Source: Deltaproteobacteria bacterium UBA6601
Lineage (GTDB): Bacteria > Myxococcota_A > UBA796 > UBA9615
Direction: 5' to 3'
Length of the DNA: 64,000 nt
Assembly: GCA_002433485.1 (NCBI GenBank)
Contig: DJIF01000054.1
Coordinates: 1,158-65,157, forward strand
Every line of letters begins with the position of its first letter. Positions within the stretch are counted from its first letter, which is position 1. Below are positions 1 to 12,613 of the stretch, piece after piece. The position numbers and the translations under genes were made by a program. The notes under the pieces were generated by a model, which was not told where the DNA came from, did not search any database, and saw nothing but the letters and a program-made list of their open reading frames with translations.

Positions 1-520
1 CCTGCTGGCGATGCCCGAATTTGGCCGGAGCCCTTGGCAAAGCCTACAAGTCGCCTGGCGGATGCTGTCACGAGATCTGGCGCTTGGCGCGACACCCATC
101 GTACTTGGCGCGATCTGGCTGATGAGCCACCGCGGCCACCCGGCCGCGCGGCGCTGGCTGCTGGGTGTACTGATGGTCTGCATAGGAGCAGCGCTGGTCC
201 TGGACCGCTATCCGGACAACAACGGCCAACTACCCGCTCTGTGGATGGCCTGCTGCCTAGCGCCATGGGCAGCAGCATGGTTGGCCGCCGCCAGCCAGAA
301 GTCCGCCCAGCAGCTGGCCGTGCTGGCCTGGGGAGCGGTGCTGTTGTTAACCATCGCCGACGCCACCTCGGCCCACGACGCCGTCGCCCGCAAAGCGGAT
401 CGCCAGGACCAACAACGCCGACTCACCTGCGCTGCTCAAGCGCAAACCGAGCGACCCTGGCGCGAGGTGCAACTACAGCGGCTGGCCTGCCGAGAGCAGG
501 TCACAATAGAGATCGACTGA
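1..520 (+). CDS. C-terminal part of a multi-pass membrane protein (5' truncated by window edge)
   Basis: Frame is open to the window start; several hydrophobic Leu/Ala/Trp segments; stop at 518-520 converges on ppdK. Confidence 0.55.
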   Translation, partial: LLAMPEFGRSPWQSLQVAWRMLSRDLALGATPIVLGAIWLMSHRGHPAARRWLLGVLMVCIGAALVLDRYPDNNGQLPALWMACCLAPWAAAWLAAASQKSAQQLAVLAWGAVLLLTIADATSAHDAVARKADRQDQQRRLTCAAQAQTERPWREVQLQRLACREQVTIEID

Positions 521-527
521 GAGACCC

Positions 528-3245
528 TCAGTTGTCGAGCAAGGTCACCTTCGCCGCAGCGAGCCGGGCGACTGGCACCCGATAGGGGCTGCAGGACACA
601 TAGTTGAGTCCAACCTCATTGCAGAAGGCAATCGAGTCAGGATCACCACCATGCTCACCGCAGATGCCCACCTTCAGTTCGGGACGCGTAGTTCGCCCAC
701 GTTCGGTGCCCATGCGAACCAGGGTACCGACGCCCTCTTGATCAAGGCTGACAAAGGGATCCTTGGCCAGAATCGCTACATCAGGTGCGGTATAGGTCTG
801 CAAAAAGCGCGCATCATCCCGGCTGTAACCAAAGGTCGTCTGAGTAAGGTCATTGGTGCCAAACGAGAAAAAGTCAGCGTGCTCGGCGATTCGATCCGCC
901 ATGATCGCGGCACGAGGCAGCTCGATCATAGTCCCCACCAGGAACTCAACCCGCGACCCACGCCGCTCGAAGACCTGCTCCGACTCATCCATGACAAGCT
1001 CCCGAAGCACCTCTAACTCACGGGCAGTGCCGACCAGAGGAATCATGATCTCCGGCTTGACCTCAACGCCCCGCGCAGCGACGTCCAGCGCAGCGTCAAG
1101 AATGGCTCGAGCCTGCATGCGATAGAGCCCTGGGTTGGTAATCCCGAGCCTGCAACCACGATGGCCCATCATCGGGTTGAACTCCTTGAGGTTCTCAACC
1201 TGAGTACGAATGCGTGAAGCACGCACACCCATCTGTTCGGCAAGACTCTCGATTTCGGCATCGGTATGGGGCAGGAACTCGTGCAGCGGCGGATCCAGCA
1301 AGCGGATCGTCACAGGACAGGACTCCATCGCCTCAAAAATCCCGACAAAGTCGGTGCGCTGCATCGGGTAGAGCTTCTCCAGAGCGCGGCTCGCCTCCTC
1401 CTGGTCCTCGGCGAGGATCATCTCCCGCACCGCCTGCACCCGGTCGCCCTCAAAAAACATGTGCTCCGTTCGGCACAGCCCAATGCCGGTAGCGCCAAAG
1501 GAGCGCGCAGTGCTGGCGTCCTTTGGCGTATCCGCGTTGGCTCGCACCTTCAAGCGAGCCAGCTCATCGGCCCAGCCGAGCAGCTCGTCCAGCCCACTAC
1601 CATCAAGGTCAGCCGAGGTCATCGCCACCTCGCCGAGCATGACATCGCCAGTGCTGCCATCGAGGGTGATCACATCACCGGCACGCACCGTCCACTCGTT
1701 ACCCTCGCCATCACGGGGGCGCGCGGTAAAAGTGGCTTCTCGATGCACGACAATGTCAGAGCATCCCACTACACAACAGCGACCCATGCCTCGGGCCACC
1801 ACAGCTGCATGACTGGTCTGACCACCACGCTGGGTCAAGATGCCCGCGGCAACGGTCATCCCCTCAATATCCTCAGGGCTGGTCTCTTCACGCACGAGAA
1901 TGACCGGGCTTCCGGCAGCTGCCACCCGCACCGCCTCTTCGGCGCTGAAGACCACCTGACCAGTGGCAGCCCCCGGGCTGGCCGGTAGGCCAGTCGCGAT
2001 CACGGTGCGCTCCGCACTCGGGTCAACGCTGGGATGGAGCAACTGACTGAGGTGTTCTTCCTCGATCCGACGGAGGGCTTCTCCACGATCGATAAGACCC
2101 TCAAGAACCATGTCGACGGCAATGCGCACAGCTGCTCCACCGGTGCGCTTGCCATTGCGCGTCTGGAGGATGAACAGGGCGCCCTTCTCGATAGTGAACT
2201 CGATGTCCTGCATATCTCGATAGTGCGCTTCGAGCCGCTTATAGACATCAACAAGCTGGGCGTAGGCCTCTGGCATGGTCTCCTGCAGGGTGGGCAGCTC
2301 ACTGTCCGCGCCATCGCCCTCACGATTTACCGGCTGAGGGGTACGCAGCCCGGCCACCACATCCTCACCCTGCGCGTTGAGCAAGAACTCGCCAAAGAAC
2401 AGCTTGGCGCCACTCTTTGGATCACGGGTAAAGGCTACGCCTGTGGCACAGTCATCGCCCATATTGCCGAAAACCATGGCCTGAACATTGACCGCGGTTC
2501 CCCAGTGATCGGCGATTCCATTCTCACGCCGATAGTAACGAGCTCGGGCCGTGTTCCAGGAACGGAAAACCGCCCGAATAGCTCCTTCAAGCTGTTCGTA
2601 GGGATCTTCCGGGAAGGGTCGTCCCAGGCTCTCTTCCACCCGCCTCTTCATGCGGCCAACCAGCTCCCGCCAGTCCGCCGCGGTCAGTTCGTTATCCTCG
2701 CTGACCCCACGGCTGTCTTTGAGTTCATTAACGAGCTGCTCTAGGCGCGCGCGATGAAGGCCCATCACCACATCGGCGTACATGGTCACAAAGCGTCGAT
2801 AGCTGTCCCAGGCAAAACGCTCATTACCGGCGGCAGCGGCAAGCCCCTCAACGGTGGCATCGTTCAGGCCCAGGTTAAGCACCGTGTCCATCATCCCGGG
2901 CATGGAGACGCGGGCCCCAGAACGGACCGAGACCAGCAACGGGTTATCGGCATCACCAAAGCGCCTGCCGAGAGCCTCCTCTACCCCTGCAAGCGCTGCT
3001 CGGACCTCATCCATGAGGCCCTCAGGCAGACTGACATCATCCGCTTGTCCCGCGCCCGGCCGAACCGGCAACTGGGCGAGGTACTGCATGCAAACCTCTG
3101 TGGTGATGGTAAAGCCCGCAGGAACAGGCAGTCCCAAGGAGTTCATCTCCGCGAGATTGGCGCCCTTACCGCCAAGCAATTCCTTCATTAAGGCAGAGCC
3201 CTCTGCCTTGCCGGCACCAAAGGCGTAAATCCGCTTCATGGTCAT
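528..3245 (-). CDS. ppdK: Pyruvate, phosphate dikinase
   Basis: LLGGKGANLAEM, VSVRSGARVSMPGMMDTVLNLGLN, GGQTSHAAVVARGMG (phospho-His), GIGLCRTEHMF, FSFGTNDLTQ, GICGEHGG. Start taken at MTMKRIY (3245) because the longer ORF overlaps glyQS. Confidence 0.97.
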   Translation of the reverse strand: MTMKRIYAFGAGKAEGSALMKELLGGKGANLAEMNSLGLPVPAGFTITTEVCMQYLAQLPVRPGAGQADDVSLPEGLMDEVRAALAGVEEALGRRFGDADNPLLVSVRSGARVSMPGMMDTVLNLGLNDATVEGLAAAAGNERFAWDSYRRFVTMYADVVMGLHRARLEQLVNELKDSRGVSEDNELTAADWRELVGRMKRRVEESLGRPFPEDPYEQLEGAIRAVFRSWNTARARYYRRENGIADHWGTAVNVQAMVFGNMGDDCATGVAFTRDPKSGAKLFFGEFLLNAQGEDVVAGLRTPQPVNREGDGADSELPTLQETMPEAYAQLVDVYKRLEAHYRDMQDIEFTIEKGALFILQTRNGKRTGGAAVRIAVDMVLEGLIDRGEALRRIEEEHLSQLLHPSVDPSAERTVIATGLPASPGAATGQVVFSAEEAVRVAAAGSPVILVREETSPEDIEGMTVAAGILTQRGGQTSHAAVVARGMGRCCVVGCSDIVVHREATFTARPRDGEGNEWTVRAGDVITLDGSTGDVMLGEVAMTSADLDGSGLDELLGWADELARLKVRANADTPKDASTARSFGATGIGLCRTEHMFFEGDRVQAVREMILAEDQEEASRALEKLYPMQRTDFVGIFEAMESCPVTIRLLDPPLHEFLPHTDAEIESLAEQMGVRASRIRTQVENLKEFNPMMGHRGCRLGITNPGLYRMQARAILDAALDVAARGVEVKPEIMIPLVGTARELEVLRELVMDESEQVFERRGSRVEFLVGTMIELPRAAIMADRIAEHADFFSFGTNDLTQTTFGYSRDDARFLQTYTAPDVAILAKDPFVSLDQEGVGTLVRMGTERGRTTRPELKVGICGEHGGDPDSIAFCNEVGLNYVSCSPYRVPVARLAAAKVTLLDN

Positions 3246-3270
3246 ATCCGCTGCAACAGAAGTTGAGGCC

Positions 3271-6336
<3,066 letters not shown>

Positions 6337-6409
6337 AGAAGGCCCTTTTGGGTAGTGGTGCGGACGAATATCAAGAGGGGGCAGGCCGGGTCAAGAGGAT
6401 CCGACCAGA

Positions 6410-9400
6410 TCAGAGAAAGGAAGCGACCTGCCGACCAAAGATTGCCTCGGCAGCCTCAAGCATTTCCTGGCTGGGCTGCAAGGTCCACTGAGTCGGTAGC
6501 GCTACGAGAACCTCGCTGGAGTGGGGCAGACGCCAGCGAATCCGCACCGGAGCATCCCCGGGATGACGCTCAATGAGATCCCTCAGCGCTGCCAATTGCT
6601 CAACGCCGCCGTCATCGGCCCTCAGCTCAAAGCAGATCTGGCGAGTCTGAGACTCCCGCACCTCTGCCAGGGGCTGGACATCATCGGCCAGCAGCTTGGC
6701 ACCTCCATCTTCGCTGAACTCATCGAGCTTAGCTTTCACCAACAGCGGCTCGTCAGTCTGGAGCCAGTGTTCGACCTTGGCAAAGGTCCTTGGAAAGACC
6801 GTCAACTCGGCGCTGCCCAGCAGATCTTCAAACTGCACAAAGGCCATCCTCTCACCCTTGGACTTGGTGACGATGACCTTCATGCTGCCGACCACCCCGG
6901 CAATGCGCAGCTCATCACCGACCTTGAGCTCGCGCAGATCAGCCGTGGTGGCTGTCGCAAAAGTCTCTACCTCGGCAGCAAAAGCCTTCATCGGATGACC
7001 GGTAATGTATAGGCCCAGTGCCTCTTTCTCCTTCTCCAGGCGCTCTCGCTCAGGCCACTCAGAGAGCTCGGGAATGTTCAGGCGACCCGCATCACCGACC
7101 TTGCCCGCACCAAACAGGCCCACCTGCCCCGAATCCCGATCCCGCGCCTTCTGGCGCGCCGCCTCGAGCAGCCGATCCACACAGGGGAACAGGGCGGCTC
7201 GACTGTAGCCCATAGAATCGAACGCCCCGCACTTCACCAGCGCCTCCAGGACCCCCTTGTTAATCCTGCTGACATCGATGTTGCCGACAAAGTCATCGAG
7301 GGTTGAGAAACCACCGCAGCTGGCGCGGGCCTCGAGGATCGCCTCAATGGCCGCTGCTCCAACTCCCTTGACCGCAGTGAGGCCGAAACGAACCTTGTCG
7401 CCGACCACAGTAAAGCGGAGTGCGCTCTCGTTGACGTCGGGCGGGAGCACTTCAATATCGTGCTTGCGAGCGTCATCCATGTAGAGCAACACCTTGTCGG
7501 TGTTGGAAGACTCAATGCTGAGCAGAGCGGCAAAGAACTCGGCAGGCAGGTGTCGCTTCAGCCAAGCCGTCTGGTACGCAATCAGGCCATAGGCCGCGGT
7601 ATGACTCTTGTTGAACCCATACTTGGCAAACTCCGCCATGAGATCAAAGACCGAATTGGCGGTAGCCTCTTCCACCCCATTCTCAGCGGCGCCCGCTACA
7701 AAGCGGACCCGCTGACGGACCATCTCCTCTTCCTTCTTCTTGCCCATGGCGCGGCGCAGCAAATCGGCTTCACCCAGGCTATAGCCGCCCATGATCTGGG
7801 CAATCTGCATCACCTGCTCCTGAAACACGATGACCCCGTAGGTGTCGGACAGCACGCTCTTGAGACTTGGATGTGGGTAGGTAACCTTCTGCCGCCCGTG
7901 CTTGCACTCCACAAAGGTGTGGTGCATGCCCATGCCCATAGGCCCGGGCCGGTACAGAGCGGCAACCGCGATAATGTCCTCAAAACGAGTCGGCTGGAGA
8001 CCGCGCAACAAGTCTCGCATACCCGAGGACTCAAGCTGAAAGACTCCCAGAGTATCGCCCCTGGCCAGCAACTCATAGACGCCTTCGTCGTCCAGCGGAA
8101 CATTGTTAAAGGCGAAAAAGTCCCACTCAGTACGACCCGCCTCACGCGCCATGTCCAAGGCGTTCTTGACCATCGTCAGGGTCTTCAGACCCAGAAAGTC
8201 GAACTTGATGAGGCCGATCTCCTCAGCCCACTTCATGTCAAACTGGGTCACCGATGGGTCGCTGTCCCCAGCACCCTTGTACAGCGGGCAATAACTCCGC
8301 AGGTCGTCATCGGCGATGACGACTCCGGCAGCATGAACTGAAGAATGTCGAGTGGTGCCCTCCAGCCCCGTGGCCAGATCCACCAGACGAGCGACCTTAG
8401 GGTCCTCTTCCATCGCCTTGACCAACCGCGGCTCCTGGGCGATCGCCTCCGGCAGGGTAATCCCCAGCTTGTCGGGAACCAACTTGGCAACCCGGTCCAC
8501 TTCGCCAAAGCCCAGGCCCATGACCCGACCGACGTCTCGCAGCCCACCCTTAGCGAGCATCTTGCCGAAGGTGATGATCTGAGTGACTCGCGTCGCACCA
8601 CCATAGGCATCGTTAACGTAGTCAATGACTTCACCGCGGCGGTCCTGACAGAAGTCAACGTCCACATCGGGCATCGACACCCGCTCCGGGTTCAGGAAGC
8701 GCTCAAACAAAAGCTTGTAGGGAATGGGGTCAATGTCGGTAATGCGCAGTGAGTAGAGCACTAACGAGCCAGCACCTGAGCCGCGCCCCGGACCCACCGG
8801 GATGTCCCGTTCCTTGGCCCAGTTAATGAAGTCGTAGACGATCAGGAAGTAGGCCGAGAAGCCCATCGAGTCGATGATCTCGAGTTCTTCCTCGAGGCGC
8901 GCCTCATAGCTCGCCCGGAGCTCATCCCAGTCGGCTTCCTGTTCACGCCCCCGGACGATCTCAAGACGCTGTTCAAGACCCTCTTTAGAGAGCTGGCGAA
9001 GCACCTGCTCGGGCGTGCGCCCCTCGAGATGGGGATAGAGCGGAAAGCGATAGTTGCCGAACTCAAACTCGAACAGGCAGCGACCGGCGATGTCCGTGGT
9101 GTTTGCCAGCGCCTGCTCATCCCCCTCGAACAGGGAATACATGGCGTCTGAGTCCTTCAGGTAGAACTGGTCGCTGGGAAAGCGAAAGCGGAACTCATCA
9201 TCAAGAGTGTTGGTCATGCCCAGGCAGAGCAGGACCTCATGGAGGAAAGAGTCCTTCTGGCGCGGATAATGAACGTTGTTGCTGACCACCAGAGGGATGC
9301 CGGTGTCGGCGCTCAATTGCCGCAGCTGATCATTCACCCGGCGCTGGTCGGCACCGGCCTCAAAACCGGCACTGGTTCCTCCCCAGCCAAGATCCATTAA

Positions 9401-9946
9401 TTCCAGGTAGAAGTTTCCTTCGCCAGCCAGATCCCGCAGCCACTCAGCCGCATCGCGCGCTTCATCAAAGCGGTCCTGACTCAACAGCCGCGGAACCTGG
9501 CCCCGCAAATCTCCAGACAGCAGAATCAGGCCCCGAGAAATGGCATCTCGATGCTGCTCAAGGATTTCTCGATCAATTCGTGGCAGATAGTGCCGCCCGC
9601 TCAAATAACCCTCACTGACCAGATGGTTGAGGGCCACATAGCCCTCTTGATTGCGCACCAGCGCGACCAACCGGAAGTTGTCGCGCGCCTTGTTCTTGTC
9701 GAGACGGGAGCCAGGCGCAACGATCAACTCAGCGCCGACGATGGGCGAGATTCCCTGCTTCTTGCAGGCCTCAGAGAACTCCACCGCACCAAACAGATTC
9801 ATCTCATCAGTGAGCGCAAGATGGGTCATCCCCAGCTGCGCAGCCTGAGCGGCGATGGCCTTGGGGCTGCCCACCGCACCCAGCAGCGTAAATTGCGACT
9901 TCAAGTGAAGATGAACAAAGGGCCGGGATGCGGACATTGCAGTCAT
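6410..9946 (-). CDS. dnaE: DNA polymerase III alpha subunit (DnaE1 type)
   Basis: PHP N-terminus, GPGRGSGAGS, LLFERFLNPERVSMPDVDVDF, KFDFLGL, YGFNKSH, C-terminal OB fold; 1178 aa with no intein-sized insertion. Confidence 0.97.
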   Translation of the reverse strand: MTAMSASRPFVHLHLKSQFTLLGAVGSPKAIAAQAAQLGMTHLALTDEMNLFGAVEFSEACKKQGISPIVGAELIVAPGSRLDKNKARDNFRLVALVRNQEGYVALNHLVSEGYLSGRHYLPRIDREILEQHRDAISRGLILLSGDLRGQVPRLLSQDRFDEARDAAEWLRDLAGEGNFYLELMDLGWGGTSAGFEAGADQRRVNDQLRQLSADTGIPLVVSNNVHYPRQKDSFLHEVLLCLGMTNTLDDEFRFRFPSDQFYLKDSDAMYSLFEGDEQALANTTDIAGRCLFEFEFGNYRFPLYPHLEGRTPEQVLRQLSKEGLEQRLEIVRGREQEADWDELRASYEARLEEELEIIDSMGFSAYFLIVYDFINWAKERDIPVGPGRGSGAGSLVLYSLRITDIDPIPYKLLFERFLNPERVSMPDVDVDFCQDRRGEVIDYVNDAYGGATRVTQIITFGKMLAKGGLRDVGRVMGLGFGEVDRVAKLVPDKLGITLPEAIAQEPRLVKAMEEDPKVARLVDLATGLEGTTRHSSVHAAGVVIADDDLRSYCPLYKGAGDSDPSVTQFDMKWAEEIGLIKFDFLGLKTLTMVKNALDMAREAGRTEWDFFAFNNVPLDDEGVYELLARGDTLGVFQLESSGMRDLLRGLQPTRFEDIIAVAALYRPGPMGMGMHHTFVECKHGRQKVTYPHPSLKSVLSDTYGVIVFQEQVMQIAQIMGGYSLGEADLLRRAMGKKKEEEMVRQRVRFVAGAAENGVEEATANSVFDLMAEFAKYGFNKSHTAAYGLIAYQTAWLKRHLPAEFFAALLSIESSNTDKVLLYMDDARKHDIEVLPPDVNESALRFTVVGDKVRFGLTAVKGVGAAAIEAILEARASCGGFSTLDDFVGNIDVSRINKGVLEALVKCGAFDSMGYSRAALFPCVDRLLEAARQKARDRDSGQVGLFGAGKVGDAGRLNIPELSEWPERERLEKEKEALGLYITGHPMKAFAAEVETFATATTADLRELKVGDELRIAGVVGSMKVIVTKSKGERMAFVQFEDLLGSAELTVFPRTFAKVEHWLQTDEPLLVKAKLDEFSEDGGAKLLADDVQPLAEVRESQTRQICFELRADDGGVEQLAALRDLIERHPGDAPVRIRWRLPHSSEVLVALPTQWTLQPSQEMLEAAEAIFGRQVASFL

Positions 9947-10140
9947 GGGCGGATTCTGATCAGAGAGCGTCAGGAGGGGCGGATAGCCAGGCTTGCACGG
10001 AGCCTGCGGTCGCGGAAGATAACATGGTCAACGCCAGATCAGAGCGATAATTCTGCGTCCTTCCCGGTAAGCCTGCAGCAAGCCGACAGTAGAGCTGTTC
10101 CCTTGCGCCTGAGCGACCTTCGAGCTAGCTTTCCGAGCCC

Positions 10141-10731
10141 ATGCTGAGGCCCCCCACTGGCACTGCCCGAATCGCCGCGATCACACTCGTTGTCGCCTTG
10201 CTCTTCTCCTGCTCCGCGCAGGCTCGAGACCTGCGTGGTCGCTTCGCCCTTGGCTTCAACAACAACTTCTCCAGCTTCAGCTCCATCTCCGCCAAGGTTG
10301 GCCTGCCGACCAGCAAGCCAACCCTCAACGTGCAGATCCAGGCGCTGATTGGGTTCTCTATCGCAACCCTGGTGGAAGGCGCTCAAAGCCAAGCTCCAGG
10401 TAGCGACCAGTTCTTTGCCGGTGGTCGAGTACTGCTGCCGATGTTGGCCGAAGACAACCTCAACATCTACTGCGCTATCGGTGCCGGCTATGTTCGCCAG
10501 CGCGCCATCACCGCAACGGAGCGCCAGGACGACCCCAGTGTTGCCGTCACTCACACCGGCAACGTATTCCGGGCCCAGGGTGCTCTGGGCGTCGAGTTCT
10601 TCCTCTTTGGTCTGGAAAACCTCGGCCTTTCGGCCGAGCTCGGCATTCGCGTCGACGCCGACCCGGGCTTCGTGGCGGTACAGACCACCGCTGGAGGCGC
10701 CGCCTCAGTAGGCATACACTACTACTTCTGA
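10141..10731 (+). CDS. Small outer-membrane beta-barrel protein (about 8 strands, hypothetical)
   Basis: Signal peptide ending AQA; alternating amphipathic strands (GVEFF, LGLSAELG); C-terminal aromatic BAM-type signature GIHYYF. Confidence 0.65.
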   Translation: MLRPPTGTARIAAITLVVALLFSCSAQARDLRGRFALGFNNNFSSFSSISAKVGLPTSKPTLNVQIQALIGFSIATLVEGAQSQAPGSDQFFAGGRVLLPMLAEDNLNIYCAIGAGYVRQRAITATERQDDPSVAVTHTGNVFRAQGALGVEFFLFGLENLGLSAELGIRVDADPGFVAVQTTAGGAASVGIHYYF

Positions 10732-10850
10732 GCGGCCTCCCAGGTCCCCTAACCCAACCGCTGCAAGCCTTTCAAGAGACCGGGCAAAGAAGTGCCCGGC
10801 AATCGGGCTTCGCCCTTGCAGATACGGGCATAGACTCGGAGAATCACACT

Positions 10851-12347
10851 ATGGTCAAACACCGCATCGCCAGCCAGATCCTGCTCTTACCGCTGTTGCT
10901 TCTCGGCTGCGGGGAAGTTGCCTTCAACCTCGCTGAAGATGCCGGCACCAGCTTCTCCGAGCAGGTTCGGGGAGAGGCGCTGCTGTTCGTAGGTACCGAC
11001 CCGAGCAGCCTGGCGACCGACCTGTACCTGGTGACTGCTGCCTCCAGCTCAGTGGACAGCCCATCCTTGACCACAGCAGAGTCGTATGAACTAGAGCAGC
11101 TCACCGACACCGAGAACCCCGATGAAGCCCTGGAGTTGGGCAGCTACCAACTGTTCTCATTGGAACAACCACACCCGATTCCCGATCGTTCCGGAGATCG
11201 CTTCGCCCTGATCACGCAGAGCGTCGATGAACAGAGCGGCAACTCTATCAATCACCCTGCGGTCTACGACCTCACGACGCGTAGCCTCCAACAAGGACCG
11301 GCGATTCAGGGGCTACACAGTATCCACTTCAGCGACCAGGGCGCCTCTCTTGCCCTTAGCGCTCGCAGCGAAGAGGGCGGCGAGACCCTGCTCATGCTGC
11401 CCGCAGATGAGCTGGACGCCACACCGGTCCTCCTCCAGTTGGAAGCTGACGAGAGCAACTACAGCTATGAATTCGCGGGGCCTATCCCAGCCAGTGATGA
11501 CATCCTCGCTCTGCGCATCAACGAAGACGAAGCCAAGAGTCAGGTGCTCCGAGTTGACTCCCTCAGCGGCGAGGCTGAGGTCCTCTCAGGTGCCCTCGAG
11601 GGCCTGCTCGACCAGGCCTCCTTGAGCGCCGATGGACAGCTGCTGGCAGTCACTGTCCACCATCCCGAAAATAACTACCGAGCTGTGGCGGTCATCGATA
11701 AATACGCTCAGATCCATACGATTACGGAGAACCTCAGTTCCAATTGCTACTGGCCGGTCTGGGCGCCCATCCACGAAAAGCTCGGCCAACGGCTCAGCTT
11801 CGTGTGCCAGGACGCAATCTCAGGAAGACCTGACATCGGCATGTGGTCAGCAGAGATCCTTAAGGGTCTGGACGATGAAGTTGGCGACGCCGCTGCCCTC
11901 GATTACGCCGCGGACCTGCTCACCACGGTCAGCCAACCGGCCATATTCGAGGGCACAATGGACGGGCTGGTCGTCCGCAGCAGCCCCCAGTGGTCGCCGA
12001 ACGGAAACTCTTTGGTCTTTGGTGTCTCGACCCACGAAGAAGCCCTGGCTGGCACCGGCATGAGCCTCCTGGTACTGCCACTAAGCGGTACTGCATACCC
12101 CATCTACAGCGGCAGCGGGACCTCAGTAGACTGGGCACACTTCTCCCAGGCAAGTGACGACCAGAGTCTGCTCCTCTGGGAGCGCAGCGCGACCGGCCTG
12201 GAATCCACCCGGCGAGGCCCAGAGAGCCAACCCATTCGGATGCTAACCATCGATCAACCAGAGCCTCAACCGATCTTTGTCCGGCTCGATCAGGACCTGC
12301 TGGTGTCCTACCCCATGTTCCTGGGCGGCAACAGCCTGTTCTACTGA
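10851..12347 (+). CDS. Lipoprotein with TolB-like (PD40-type) beta-propeller
   Basis: Lipobox LLLGC; repeats such as LSADGQLLA, WPVWAP, PQWSPNGNSLVF, FSDQGASLA; acidic composition. Confidence 0.65.
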   Translation: MVKHRIASQILLLPLLLLGCGEVAFNLAEDAGTSFSEQVRGEALLFVGTDPSSLATDLYLVTAASSSVDSPSLTTAESYELEQLTDTENPDEALELGSYQLFSLEQPHPIPDRSGDRFALITQSVDEQSGNSINHPAVYDLTTRSLQQGPAIQGLHSIHFSDQGASLALSARSEEGGETLLMLPADELDATPVLLQLEADESNYSYEFAGPIPASDDILALRINEDEAKSQVLRVDSLSGEAEVLSGALEGLLDQASLSADGQLLAVTVHHPENNYRAVAVIDKYAQIHTITENLSSNCYWPVWAPIHEKLGQRLSFVCQDAISGRPDIGMWSAEILKGLDDEVGDAAALDYAADLLTTVSQPAIFEGTMDGLVVRSSPQWSPNGNSLVFGVSTHEEALAGTGMSLLVLPLSGTAYPIYSGSGTSVDWAHFSQASDDQSLLLWERSATGLESTRRGPESQPIRMLTIDQPEPQPIFVRLDQDLLVSYPMFLGGNSLFY

Positions 12348-12544
12348 TGCTCACCACTGCCGTCGAAGCACTACATCGCTGCTGGTACCGCTTTGCCCTG
12401 GCGGCAATGCCCATGGGCGTCGCCATGTGGCTGCTCGGGATGTACCTGCCCAGCTACTATCTGGCTGCCGCAGGGATCACCACATGCGCCCTGGGTGCCT
12501 TCGCCTGGAACGACGACCACCCCCCCCATCACCCTGGCAGTTAA
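12347..12544 (+). CDS. Small two-TM membrane protein
   Basis: TGATG stop/start overlap with the upstream lipoprotein gene; two hydrophobic helices in 65 aa. Confidence 0.6.
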   Translation: MLTTAVEALHRCWYRFALAAMPMGVAMWLLGMYLPSYYLAAAGITTCALGAFAWNDDHPPHHPGS

Positions 12545-12613
12545 GCAAGCCAGTTGGGAGCAGCTGAGCACTGCTGGAGTCGAGGCTGCGAGAGCCCGAC
12601 GCTCAGGCTTCGC

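Noticed and set aside
6410..9946. Intein or split in dnaE
   Set aside because: Length is normal and motifs are contiguous; no intein-like insertion or terminal HN motif seen.
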